Assembly: GCA_047603125.1 (NCBI GenBank)
Contig: JBLKOU010000007.1
Span: 1-34,621, forward strand
Length of the DNA: 34,621 bases
Reading direction: 5' to 3'
From: Candidatus Woesearchaeota archaeon
Lineage (GTDB): Archaea; Nanobdellota; Nanobdellia; Woesearchaeales; DATGWN01
The notes beneath the pieces were generated by a model. That model was not told the DNA's origin. It ran no database searches and was given only the letters and a program-made list of their open reading frames with translations. The translations under genes were made by a program, and so were the position numbers. Below, one piece after another: positions 1 through 9,570 of the stretch (position 1 is the first letter of the stretch; every line of letters starts with the position of its first letter).

Positions 1-560
1 TCGAAAAAGACTTTGAGTAACGCCTTCATTTTGAGTGTGTGGGCGTAATTGACCAAGGTGTCGATTTCGTTTTTTGTAAGAAATGTGATGAGTGCGTTTT
101 GATTTTTCTCTTTTCTGATGCGAAAAAACTCAGCGATATTTTCGACCTGTAACTGTTTTTCATACTTTGCATACGCACGATAGAACACCCAGAATTGTTT
201 GAAGACTTTGATGATGTCTTTTTTATACGCCGTTGAAATCGGCGTGCATGAATCATTCTTGTAAATTCTGTTTTGATTCAACCGATTCTGCAAATCAATT
301 ATATCGTCTTCCCTTAAAGAAATAAATTGCTTTTGCACAATGTTGCTGATTTTCTTCAAAACAAGCAAATTCTTGTACACCGTTTTCTCCGGACAATTGC
401 AGTCGTACATGATATGGCGATAATTACCTTGAAATTTGGCATTCACATACTTTTTGACAATATCTGTGTCTTCCTTGAATTTGAAGAGCTTTCCCGCTTC
501 AAGCCTCACAAATAACGCCTGTGCTTTTTCATATGTTTTGAAAACTTTGGCTTCTTCCAT
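1..560 (-). CDS. Tyrosine recombinase/integrase, N-terminal part (runs off the window edge)
   Basis: Open frame from ATG at 560 to position 1, absent from the ORF track: MEEAKVFKTYEKAQ...KKDIIKVFKQFWVFY...LITFLTKNEIDTLVNYAHTLKMKALLKVFF(E). The LTxxEIxxL...KALLxVFFE stretch matches the segment just before the catalytic TGxR of tyrosine recombinases. It lies next to a tRNA 3' end. Confidence 0.8.
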   Translation of the reverse strand, partial: MEEAKVFKTYEKAQALFVRLEAGKLFKFKEDTDIVKKYVNAKFQGNYRHIMYDCNCPEKTVYKNLLVLKKISNIVQKQFISLREDDIIDLQNRLNQNRIYKNDSCTPISTAYKKDIIKVFKQFWVFYRAYAKYEKQLQVENIAEFFRIRKEKNQNALITFLTKNEIDTLVNYAHTLKMKALLKVFF

Positions 561-663
561 GTTGTTGTGTCTCGTGTCTCCCACATTTTTTAAAAGGAGT
601 GATTACTTCAGACAGGTGGTTACTCCATAAACACTAAGCCACAATTCCTTTAAGTCATGTTGT

Positions 664-779
664 GGGACAAAAGTATCAAGGAGTATTTGGTTTATAACCC
701 TACGTCAGACATTGTCCGGACAAAAAACCAAAGAAATGCATCCTTTAAATCACAGCGTTAAACAAAAGAGGGACAAAAA
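664..779. repeat. Three phased GGACAAAA motifs (candidate integrase arm-type or regulator sites)
   Basis: GGACAA starts at 665, 718 and 771 (exact 53-bp spacing). The middle copy is part of the palindrome TTGTCCGGACAA (712-723). Confidence 0.55.
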
Positions 780-844
780 TAGCTATTTTACCATAAACCA
801 ACCCTCGTCGAGAAAAAAGGTGAACCTGAACATTAAAAGTACTA

Positions 845-927
845 TGCACCGGACAGGGTTCGAACCTGCGTAGGCTGATGCCAACGGGTCCTAAGCCCGT
901 CCCGTTTGACCACTCCGGCACCGGTGC
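845..927 (-). tRNA. tRNA-Leu(TAG)
   Basis: Reverse complement GCACCGG...ACGGG-CT-TAG-GA-CCCGT, long variable arm, GCAGG-TTCGAAC-CCTGT, CCGGTGC-A. No intron and no encoded CCA. Confidence 0.96.
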
Positions 928-949
928 ATAAAAAACAAAAGAGCTGAAC

Positions 950-990
950 TATTTATAAAGGTTCGGTTTTTAACAACAACCTTTATAAAA
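950..990. promoter_or_regulatory. Divergent archaeal TATA boxes for tRNA-Leu (-) and rpl15e (+)
   Basis: On the minus strand, aacCTTTATAAAT lies about 25 nt upstream of the tRNA start. On the plus strand, aacCTTTATAAAA lies at about 978-990. Confidence 0.6.
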
Positions 991-1069
991 AGGGAGAAAT
1001 TTCGCAAACACTATAGAGATGTGGGGTCGCGCCTGAATCTAGCAAAGAAAAAAACGCAAGGAGACAAAA

Positions 1070-1636
1070 ATGGGAGTATACAAATACTTACAAAAACTTT
1101 GGAAACAACCAAAAAAACAATTAGCACAAATCTACAAAGAAAAACTTGTTGAATGGAGACGACAACCAGTCACAGTACGAGTTATGCATCCAACACGACT
1201 TGATCGAGCACGCGCTCTTGGCTTTAAAGCAAAACAAGGATATTTTGTGGTTCGCCAGCGAGTCTCAAGAGGAGGCCGAGAACGAGAACAATATGCGGGT
1301 GGAAGACGGTCAAAGAATGTTTCACGAAAACAAGTTGGTCATATTTCTTATCAAACTATTTGCGAACAACGAGCACAATCTAAATTTGTCAATTGTCAAG
1401 TCTTAAACTCATACTGGGTTGGAGAAGACGGAAAACATGTCTGGTACGAAGTAATTCTTGTTGATCCACATAGTCCAAGTGTTCAAGACGATAAATCTTG
1501 GCTCAAAAAACAACGCGGACGTGTTCAACGAGGTTTGACAAGCTCTGCAAAAAAGAGTCGAGGGCTTCGAAAAAAAGGTATCGGCGCTGAAAACGTTCGC
1601 CCGTCAATTCGAGCAAATAAGAGAAAATTACACTAG
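1070..1636 (+). CDS. rpl15e: 50S ribosomal protein L15e (eL15)
   Basis: MGVYKYL, PTRLDRARALGFKAKQG, VLNSYWVGEDG..WYEVILVDP, RGLTSSAKKSRGL. GGAG ribosome-binding site upstream. Confidence 0.98.
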   Translation: MGVYKYLQKLWKQPKKQLAQIYKEKLVEWRRQPVTVRVMHPTRLDRARALGFKAKQGYFVVRQRVSRGGREREQYAGGRRSKNVSRKQVGHISYQTICEQRAQSKFVNCQVLNSYWVGEDGKHVWYEVILVDPHSPSVQDDKSWLKKQRGRVQRGLTSSAKKSRGLRKKGIGAENVRPSIRANKRKLH

Positions 1637-1648
1637 GTGTAACCAACA

Positions 1649-2392
1649 ATGTGGTATAAGCGCTTTGGATACCAGCAAAATCCTTTTGAGCTAGATCCAT
1701 TTAAAACTGAGTATACTGTTGTCAATCATAATGAAATTATTGATAATGTCTTATACTTAGTAGAATCTGGAAATATCATTGTTATCGAAGGAGGTTCCGG
1801 GAGTGGAAAAACTACATTTTTGCGCAGAATTGTTGACAATTTTCGCGGTGAAGGCAAAGTCATCTACATTGACGGCAATATCATCGGAAAAGAACCCGAC
1901 ATTGAACGCATACTCGATAGACGTGGAAAACGATTACTCAACATATTTGATGATAAGCCTAAAGGCTTAATCATTCTTTTAGATAATGTTGAAGCACTTT
2001 CAAAAAAAAACTGCGAAAAAATAAAATATTATTTTGATCAAAACCACATAAAGTCAGTCGTCTTCACCACACAAAATTACCAGCAACTCGATATCTCAAA
2101 AAGTCTCAAAGACAGAATTGTCCACAATATCATCTCCGTTCCAAAACTCAATAAATATGAAGCACTACGAATTATTCGAGAGCGATTTTCAGATCACTTT
2201 TTCCTTTCTGATGAAGTTATCATTCGTCTTTTTAATCAATCCAAACATAATATCAAAAAAACATTGCAAATGTGTAATGATTTATGCTCATTTGTTGTTC
2301 AAGAGGGACGAGGTGAAGCATTGCCTAAATACATTCCCTACATTGTAAAAAAACGCTCATATGCAAATTCGAAAATGCAGGTGCAAACATGA
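1649..2392 (+). CDS. Small AAA+ ATPase, ExeA/AAA_22-like (paralog 1)
   Basis: N-terminal WYxxFGYxxNPF, Walker A GGSGSGKTT, Walker B IILLDNVE, SLKDRI (Arg-finger position). Confidence 0.85.
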   Translation: MWYKRFGYQQNPFELDPFKTEYTVVNHNEIIDNVLYLVESGNIIVIEGGSGSGKTTFLRRIVDNFRGEGKVIYIDGNIIGKEPDIERILDRRGKRLLNIFDDKPKGLIILLDNVEALSKKNCEKIKYYFDQNHIKSVVFTTQNYQQLDISKSLKDRIVHNIISVPKLNKYEALRIIRERFSDHFFLSDEVIIRLFNQSKHNIKKTLQMCNDLCSFVVQEGRGEALPKYIPYIVKKRSYANSKMQVQT

Positions 2393-3108
2393 TTTGGTAC
2401 CAAGAATTAGGATTTAAAGAAAATCCATTTACTATTAAACCTACGCACCCACACGCCTATGTGGGAAACCAAAAAACAATTGAGCAAATTACAAAATCAC
2501 TCACGCAAGGAAAAATTTGTGTTGTGCATGGAAAATACGGAGCAGGAAAAACAACGTTTCTTAAAACAATCATTTCCCAATTTGAAGGAAAGCGCCGAGT
2601 CATTTATTTTTCATGTAATAGACTGCTACAATCTTTAGACATAGATAAACTCCTCTATGAACGCTATCTTGTAACAAAATGGTTAAAAATTCGCTCAAAA
2701 AATATGATATTACTCCTTGATGAAGCAAATCATCTCAGCGAACAAGACATACAAGCACTCTACGAATACAAAAAAAACGGATATCTCAAATCAATTCTCT
2801 TTGTTACACACCACCTCGATAGACTCGCCATTCCAAAAACTATGAATCGTGCTGTAAAACAAAATACATTTGCCTTTGACAATTCCAAAACATATACCGA
2901 AATTGTTCGAGATCGCATTGGAAACCACCCACTCCTTCCCGATCCAGTTATTAAAGCAATCTATGCAAAAAGTTCATCCATGAGACACTTTCTTCAAAAC
3001 TGCGACGTATTTATGAGAACAATGATAGCCCAAAAACGAAAAACAGCAAAAATCAAAGATGTTTCACGAATAACAAAAGTTCGCTGCTCGAAGCTATCCC
3101 CGCCCTAA
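2389..3108 (+). CDS. Small AAA+ ATPase, ExeA/AAA_22-like (paralog 2); C-terminus supplied by repeat A
   Basis: WYQELGFKENPF, Walker A GKYGAGKTT, Walker B ILLLDEAN. ATGA overlap with paralog 1. Confidence 0.85.
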   Translation: MIWYQELGFKENPFTIKPTHPHAYVGNQKTIEQITKSLTQGKICVVHGKYGAGKTTFLKTIISQFEGKRRVIYFSCNRLLQSLDIDKLLYERYLVTKWLKIRSKNMILLLDEANHLSEQDIQALYEYKKNGYLKSILFVTHHLDRLAIPKTMNRAVKQNTFAFDNSKTYTEIVRDRIGNHPLLPDPVIKAIYAKSSSMRHFLQNCDVFMRTMIAQKRKTAKIKDVSRITKVRCSKLSPP

Positions 3109-3201
3109 AGGGACGGGGTATTACGCTTCTCACCTAATCGCGAACTTTTGAATTGAGAGTTTGCGGACTAAAGTCCGGGGTATTATACCCGCGAAACTCT
3201 C
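3074..3201. mobile_element. Repeat family A, copy 1 (short form, 128 bp); non-autonomous IS200/IS605-like palindromic element
   Basis: Near-identical to 10723-10902 and 12045-12224 but lacks a 52-bp module. Flanked by AATAA (3069-3073 and 3202-3206). Contains the hairpin CCCCGCCC-TAAA-GGGACGGGG. Confidence 0.8.
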
Positions 3202-3257
3202 AATAATCAAAAAATGAGCAGTAAAATCTTTAAACTCGTTTTACAATATTAAAGACA

Positions 3258-3842
3258 ATGGTCACAAACGAACTGACAAATGTAACAAATACAACACCCT
3301 TCACGCAGCTTATCAGGCCAGTATTTGAAGGGTTGTTCACAGATTTTGCACTTGCAGTACTTATTCTTGTCATTGGCCTGACACTTGGAAAGTTAATAGA
3401 GCGATTTTTGCTGCGATTCTTACGAGAGTTAGAAGTTCACAAAATTGCAAATTCACGAGCAATTCGCACCGATCAAATCATCGCATACTCAAGTAGCGTT
3501 ATCATTTACTTTATCACTATTGTTCTTGTATTAAATCAATTAGGCATAACATCGTTTATTTTAAACGCGATTTCCATTATTATATTTATTATTATAGCAA
3601 TTGTTCTTATCCTATCAATAAAAGATGTTGTTCCAAGTTTTCTTATAGGAATCTATTTGCGCCAAACAAAAAGACTCACTACCGGGCAACACATTACTAT
3701 GCAGCTCATTCAAGGAACCGTTCATGAACTCAACACATTTGATTTTTGCATACATGTCAAAGATGAAGTGTATTATTTACCATATTCATATTATTTTCAC
3801 ACATTTTTGAAGAAAAAATCAAAAACAACTACTCGCAAATGA
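3258..3842 (+). CDS. Short MscS-family mechanosensitive channel-like membrane protein
   Basis: Three hydrophobic segments, then SIKDVVPSFLIGIYL...LTTGQHI...IQGTVHEL....YYLPYS (MscS TM3 plus beta domain). The C-terminal alpha/beta domain is absent. Confidence 0.75.
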   Translation: MVTNELTNVTNTTPFTQLIRPVFEGLFTDFALAVLILVIGLTLGKLIERFLLRFLRELEVHKIANSRAIRTDQIIAYSSSVIIYFITIVLVLNQLGITSFILNAISIIIFIIIAIVLILSIKDVVPSFLIGIYLRQTKRLTTGQHITMQLIQGTVHELNTFDFCIHVKDEVYYLPYSYYFHTFLKKKSKTTTRK

Positions 3843-3921
3843 TGCTAAATCTTTATAAATATATATCACACAAAATCCCTGTAGTTTACAGAGAAGACTG
3901 CACAAAAAAAGAGGGATCTTT

Positions 3922-6333
3922 ATGGAAAAAGAAAAAGAGTTCATATTATGGTTTGATCAATTAGGCATCGAAGACGTTCCACTTGTCGGTGGAAAAAACG
4001 CCTCACTTGGCGAAATGTATCAAAATTTAACGCAACATGGCGTCGCAGTACCAAATGGTTTTGCAGTAAGCGCATATGCTTATAGATATTTATTAGATAA
4101 AACAAATTCAGTTCAAAAAATTCGCGACATACTCTCTGATTTAGATACGTCAGACATGGCAAACTTAGCAGAGCGAGGGGAAAAAGTACGAAATCTCATT
4201 CGACATTTAGAATTTCCACCCGAACTTAGACAAGCAATTTATGACCAATATGACAATCTCTGTAAACAATATGGGGAAAATACTGATGTTGCCGTTCGAT
4301 CAAGTGCAACAGCCGAAGATTTACCCGATGCATCCTTTGCCGGACAGCAAGAAACATATTTAAACATCCGCGGAAAAGAAAATCTTATTGACGCATGTAA
4401 ACGATGTTTTGCGTCATTATTTACGAATCGAGCAATCTCATACCGTGTTGACAAAAATTTTGATCATTTTGACATCGCTTTATCAATTGCTGTACAAAAA
4501 ATGGTACGCTCCGACATTTCAACAAGCGGAGTTATGTTTTCTATCGATACTGAATCAGGATTTAAAGATGCAGTCTTTATTACTGCTGCATATGGACTTG
4601 GCGAAAATGTTGTACAAGGCGCAGTAAACCCTGATGAATACTATGTTCATAAACCAACACTCAAAAATGGGTTTCGCTCAATCATTTCAAAAACTGTGGG
4701 CGAGAAAGCAATTAAAATGGTGTATACCAACGACATTAAGCACCCAGTAAAAAATGTTGATGTTGCACCCGAAGATAGAAAAAAGTTCGCATTAAGCGAG
4801 GATGAAATTCTCACACTCGCAAAATGGTCATGTATCATTGAAGATCATTACTCAAATAAAGCAGGATACTTCAAACCCATGGATATGGAATGGGCAAAAG
4901 ATGGCGTATCCGGTGAGCTATTTATCGTACAAGCACGACCAGAAACTGTGCATTCTCGAAAAGACGTCTCCAAACTAGAAAAATTCGTCATGAAAGAAAA
5001 AGGAAAAATACTCATCAAAGGAAAATCTGTTGGAGAGCTTATTGGAAGTGGCGATGTACATGTCATTAAAGACGTTCACAATATTGGTCAATTCAAAAAA
5101 GGGCAAGTTCTTGTTACTGATATGACTGATCCAGACTGGGAACCAATTATGAAAATTGCAAGTGCAATTGTGACAAATCGCGGCGGACGAACATGTCACG
5201 CAGCAATTATCTCACGAGAGCTTGGCATCCCCTGTGTTGTTGGAACACAAACAGGAAGCGAAGAACTCAAAACAGGTCAAAAAGTTACAGTTGATTGTTC
5301 CCAAGGTGATGATGGATATGTTTACGAAGGTGAATTGAAGTTTGAAAAAGAAATTACAGACTTAACTTCCCTTCCGGAACTTAAAACAAAAATTATGATG
5401 AACTTAGGAAATCCTGAGCAAGCATTCGAATTTAGTTTTATTCCAAATAAAGGTGTTGGTCTTGCAAGAGAAGAGTTTATTATTAACTCGTCCATTCAAA
5501 TACACCCGCTTGCATTAATGAACTTTGAAAATATTGAAGATGAGCAAGTAAAACAAAAAATTGCAGACCTGACAAGTGCATATCCTGACAAATCTCAATA
5601 CTTTGTTGATAAACTTGCAGAAGGTGTTGCACGACTTTGTGCAGCGTTCTATCCTAAACCTGTAATTTTGCGATTCTCAGACTTTAAGACAAACGAATAT
5701 GCAAATCTTATTGGAGGAAAGCCCTATGAGCCTCGCGAAGATAATCCTATGATTGGTTGGCGTGGAGCGTCCCGGTACTACGATCCTAAATACAAACATG
5801 CATTTGGCTTAGAGTGTGAAGCTGTCAAAAAAGTTCGAAATACGATGGGACTCAAAAACTTAAAAGTTATGATACCATTTTGTCGAACAATAGATGAAGC
5901 AAAAAAAGTCATTGCAGTTATGAATGAATATGGCCTGCACCAAGGTGACGACGGATTTGAAGTTATGGGTATGTGTGAAATTCCATCAAATGTCATCCTT
6001 GCAGAGCAATTTCTTGATATCTTTGACGGATTTAGCATTGGAACAAATGACCTAACACAACTCACACTTGGTGTTGATAGGGATTCTGAACTGGTAGCAC
6101 ATGTCTATGATGAGCGAAATGATGCAGTGAAAGCACTCGTGAAACAAGTCATTGAAGTTGCAAATAAAAAAGGAAAATATATAGGAATTTGCGGTCAAGC
6201 GCCATCGGACTATATGGAATTTGCCGAATTTGTTGTTGAGTGTGGAATTCAAACAATGAGTCTCAACCCTGACACAGTACTCAAAACAACAATGAAAATG
6301 GCAGAAGTTGAACAGCGAATAGCAAACAAATAA
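3922..6333 (+). CDS. ppsA: Phosphoenolpyruvate synthase (pyruvate, water dikinase)
   Basis: VGGKNASLGEM, VAVRSSATAEDLPDASFAGQQET, phospho-His motif GGRTCHAAIISRELG, FSIGTNDLTQ, GICGQAPSD. Confidence 0.98.
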   Translation: MEKEKEFILWFDQLGIEDVPLVGGKNASLGEMYQNLTQHGVAVPNGFAVSAYAYRYLLDKTNSVQKIRDILSDLDTSDMANLAERGEKVRNLIRHLEFPPELRQAIYDQYDNLCKQYGENTDVAVRSSATAEDLPDASFAGQQETYLNIRGKENLIDACKRCFASLFTNRAISYRVDKNFDHFDIALSIAVQKMVRSDISTSGVMFSIDTESGFKDAVFITAAYGLGENVVQGAVNPDEYYVHKPTLKNGFRSIISKTVGEKAIKMVYTNDIKHPVKNVDVAPEDRKKFALSEDEILTLAKWSCIIEDHYSNKAGYFKPMDMEWAKDGVSGELFIVQARPETVHSRKDVSKLEKFVMKEKGKILIKGKSVGELIGSGDVHVIKDVHNIGQFKKGQVLVTDMTDPDWEPIMKIASAIVTNRGGRTCHAAIISRELGIPCVVGTQTGSEELKTGQKVTVDCSQGDDGYVYEGELKFEKEITDLTSLPELKTKIMMNLGNPEQAFEFSFIPNKGVGLAREEFIINSSIQIHPLALMNFENIEDEQVKQKIADLTSAYPDKSQYFVDKLAEGVARLCAAFYPKPVILRFSDFKTNEYANLIGGKPYEPREDNPMIGWRGASRYYDPKYKHAFGLECEAVKKVRNTMGLKNLKVMIPFCRTIDEAKKVIAVMNEYGLHQGDDGFEVMGMCEIPSNVILAEQFLDIFDGFSIGTNDLTQLTLGVDRDSELVAHVYDERNDAVKALVKQVIEVANKKGKYIGICGQAPSDYMEFAEFVVECGIQTMSLNPDTVLKTTMKMAEVEQRIANK

Positions 6334-6361
6334 TTTTTTTATATGAAAATCATGTTGATTT

Positions 6362-6820
6362 TCATTCTTCTTGTTCTTTTTTTAAAACAGCATAGAGATT
6401 ATAGCAACATCGCTCAATAATTTCATAAACTTGCTCGAAAGAATTATCATAATAGGGATCACCCACATTGAGCGAATCGGGATTTGTATCATATTGGCGC
6501 AAATACACAATTTGTTCCATCTGTTTTTTTGAGGCTTTCATTGCAAGCGTATAATAATGAGATTCATCCATACAAACAAGTAAATCAAATTTTTCAAAAA
6601 AAGATAGATCAAATGCTTTTACACGATGCTCATCTAAATCCAACCCATGTTTTTTTACAAGCGCGCGCATTCTTGAGTCCGCCTGCTCACCGACATGGTA
6701 GGAAGTTGTTGCACAAGAGTCAATCTCAAATAACGAATCATCTTTACAAATATGCTCCATAATAACTTTTGCACAGGGAGAGCGACAAATATTACCCGTG
6801 CAAACAAAGAGAATTCTCAT
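6362..6820 (-). CDS. Low-molecular-weight protein tyrosine phosphatase
   Basis: ILFVCTGNICRSP P-loop and DPYY motif. Start ATG at 6820 overlaps the upstream stop. Confidence 0.93.
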   Translation of the reverse strand: MRILFVCTGNICRSPCAKVIMEHICKDDSLFEIDSCATTSYHVGEQADSRMRALVKKHGLDLDEHRVKAFDLSFFEKFDLLVCMDESHYYTLAMKASKKQMEQIVYLRQYDTNPDSLNVGDPYYDNSFEQVYEIIERCCYNLYAVLKKEQEE

Positions 6821-7242
6821 GATTGCTTGTGTGCTAAGCACGCCTCCTGTACCGATTCCAATTCAATGAATTGACAACCATCCTGCACCCTATCATTTAC
6901 GACAAGATTGAGAATGCACATATCTCGCCGATATACAGTCGAAATATCAAAGCATCGCTCTACCGAATACTGCTCAAAAGCAATGTAGGCATAACAAGAA
7001 TTTTGCTGCTCAATCGTCTCAAAACGTGAGCACTCACCATGGGCACGCTCCATATCCGTTTGCGCAAGATTCATAATACGCGTATCGCTAATGGGTTCTG
7101 GTTTAAGTATCTGATAAAAAGTCACACTAAAGACAACTATCGCACTCACAAATAAAATGAGAAAAACGGCTACTTTTATTCGATGAATTCTTTTTCTTCG
7201 CCGTTTTGTATGACTGGTCTCAAAATCCAAATAGGAGCTCAT
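6817..7242 (-). CDS. Membrane-anchored Cys-rich hypothetical protein
   Basis: Basic stretch plus one TM helix, then repeated CxxI/F(x6-7)C units (three Cys pairs) typical of small DPANN/CPR surface proteins. Confidence 0.7.
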   Translation of the reverse strand: MSSYLDFETSHTKRRRKRIHRIKVAVFLILFVSAIVVFSVTFYQILKPEPISDTRIMNLAQTDMERAHGECSRFETIEQQNSCYAYIAFEQYSVERCFDISTVYRRDMCILNLVVNDRVQDGCQFIELESVQEACLAHKQS

Positions 7243-7303
7243 ATGACTAAATTTATAAACTTAGATTTTATAAAATATCACATAGTGAAAAGAGAACTAC
7301 TAA

Positions 7304-8338
<1,035 letters not shown>

Positions 8339-8445
8339 TTTTTTCTTTATTTATTTTCTCTTCTTTGTCTCTACGAACCAATAGTTTTAAATACTTGTGC
8401 AAAATCCTCTTACTAACTCGTATTGGTAACGAGAGGTGAACCATA

Positions 8446-9255
8446 TTGAAGAAAATCTGTGTTATTAATCAAAAAGGTGGTGTTGGAAAAACAACGGTTG
8501 TCGTAAATCTCGCAGCTGGTCTTGCAAGAGCAGGAAAAAAAGTTCTATTAATTGATCTTGACCCGCATGCAAGCTTGCGCTCATGTCTTCCAGTAAGAGA
8601 AGAGCTCAAAAACATTTATCATATTCTCCTAGAAAATGTCGATCCAAATGAGTGCATACATAAAGTTGCTATTAATTTAGATCTTATCGCTTCAGATGAG
8701 CATTTAGCTGAGGCAGAAATGGCACTTGTTAATGAATCAGCACGCGAATATGTACTTGCTAAAAAGCTGCGAAGTATCAAAAAATACGACTATGTCATCA
8801 TCGACTGCCCACCATCACTCGGGCTTTTAAGTCAAAATGCAATGATTTACTCTCAAGAAGTCTTTGTAACTGCAGCAACCGATGTCTTAGGTGTCATCGC
8901 GACAAAAAAAATGACAAAAACAGTCTCATATATTAACGACATGTTCACACACGACTTACAAATTACAAAAATCATTCCAACAATGTATGATAAACGAAAT
9001 AAAATTTGTAAAGAAAGTCTTGCAGAAATACAAAATCATTTTTATGAACGAGTCACAAATCCCATTCATGTCAACTCGAAATTAAAGGAAGCAGCAAAGC
9101 GAAAATGTAGCATCTTTGCGTTTGCACCGAAAAATCGTGCGTCCGATGACTTTCGAGAACTGGTTCGAAATGTCTTATACGATGAATCCGATGTCGACAC
9201 ATCAGTTTCTGTCGATATCAAGGAAGGAAAGCGCGTCTCTGTTGCTTCCAAATAA
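8446..9255 (+). CDS. ParA/Soj-family ATPase
   Basis: Deviant Walker A NQKGGVGKTT, LLIDLDP, YVIIDCPPSLG, PTMYDKR. TTG start preceded by GAGGTGA. Confidence 0.92.
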   Translation: MKKICVINQKGGVGKTTVVVNLAAGLARAGKKVLLIDLDPHASLRSCLPVREELKNIYHILLENVDPNECIHKVAINLDLIASDEHLAEAEMALVNESAREYVLAKKLRSIKKYDYVIIDCPPSLGLLSQNAMIYSQEVFVTAATDVLGVIATKKMTKTVSYINDMFTHDLQITKIIPTMYDKRNKICKESLAEIQNHFYERVTNPIHVNSKLKEAAKRKCSIFAFAPKNRASDDFRELVRNVLYDESDVDTSVSVDIKEGKRVSVASK

Positions 9256-9303
9256 TTTTTTCTTTTTCGACACTTTTAAAAATACCACCGTTTCACCACA
9301 CTT

Positions 9304-9570
9304 GGGAAGGATAGGAAGCTGTCGGTGTACGCCGAGGAAAGTCCACCCACCATACATGACTACATATTGCAAAATATGAACGTTTAGAGCGTTAGTACTG
9401 CAACAGAAACGAGACCAGTCTTTAGATGCGATGAGAGTATTGGAGTTTGCTAAAGAATATGGATGAAACGGGCAGCTTAGTCGGTGCAAGTCCAATTGGG
9501 CGCTTAGTTGAATGCTTCCACGCCGGTTTATGCAAATAACGGTGAACAGAAGGTGGCTTATTTCCTTTCC
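9304..9570 (+). ncRNA. rnpB: RNase P RNA (archaeal, compact)
   Basis: CR-I GAGGAAAGTCCACC pairs with CR-V AACAGAAGGTGGCTTA. Also ACAGAAAC, TGAAAC, GGTGCAAG, P2 GGAAGC/GCTTCC and P1 GGAAGGATA/TATTTCCTTTCC. TATA-like TTTTAAAAATA about 25 nt upstream. Confidence 0.93.

Noticed and set aside
26..630. Track ORFs 26-256, 327-515 and 436-630
   Set aside because: They are shadow frames of the longer integrase-like frame 560 to 1.
1649..3108. AAA+ pair as Cdc6/Orc1 or Tn7 TnsC/TniB
   Set aside because: Both proteins are too short for Cdc6/Orc1 (no winged-helix domain), and no transposase or TniQ gene is adjacent.
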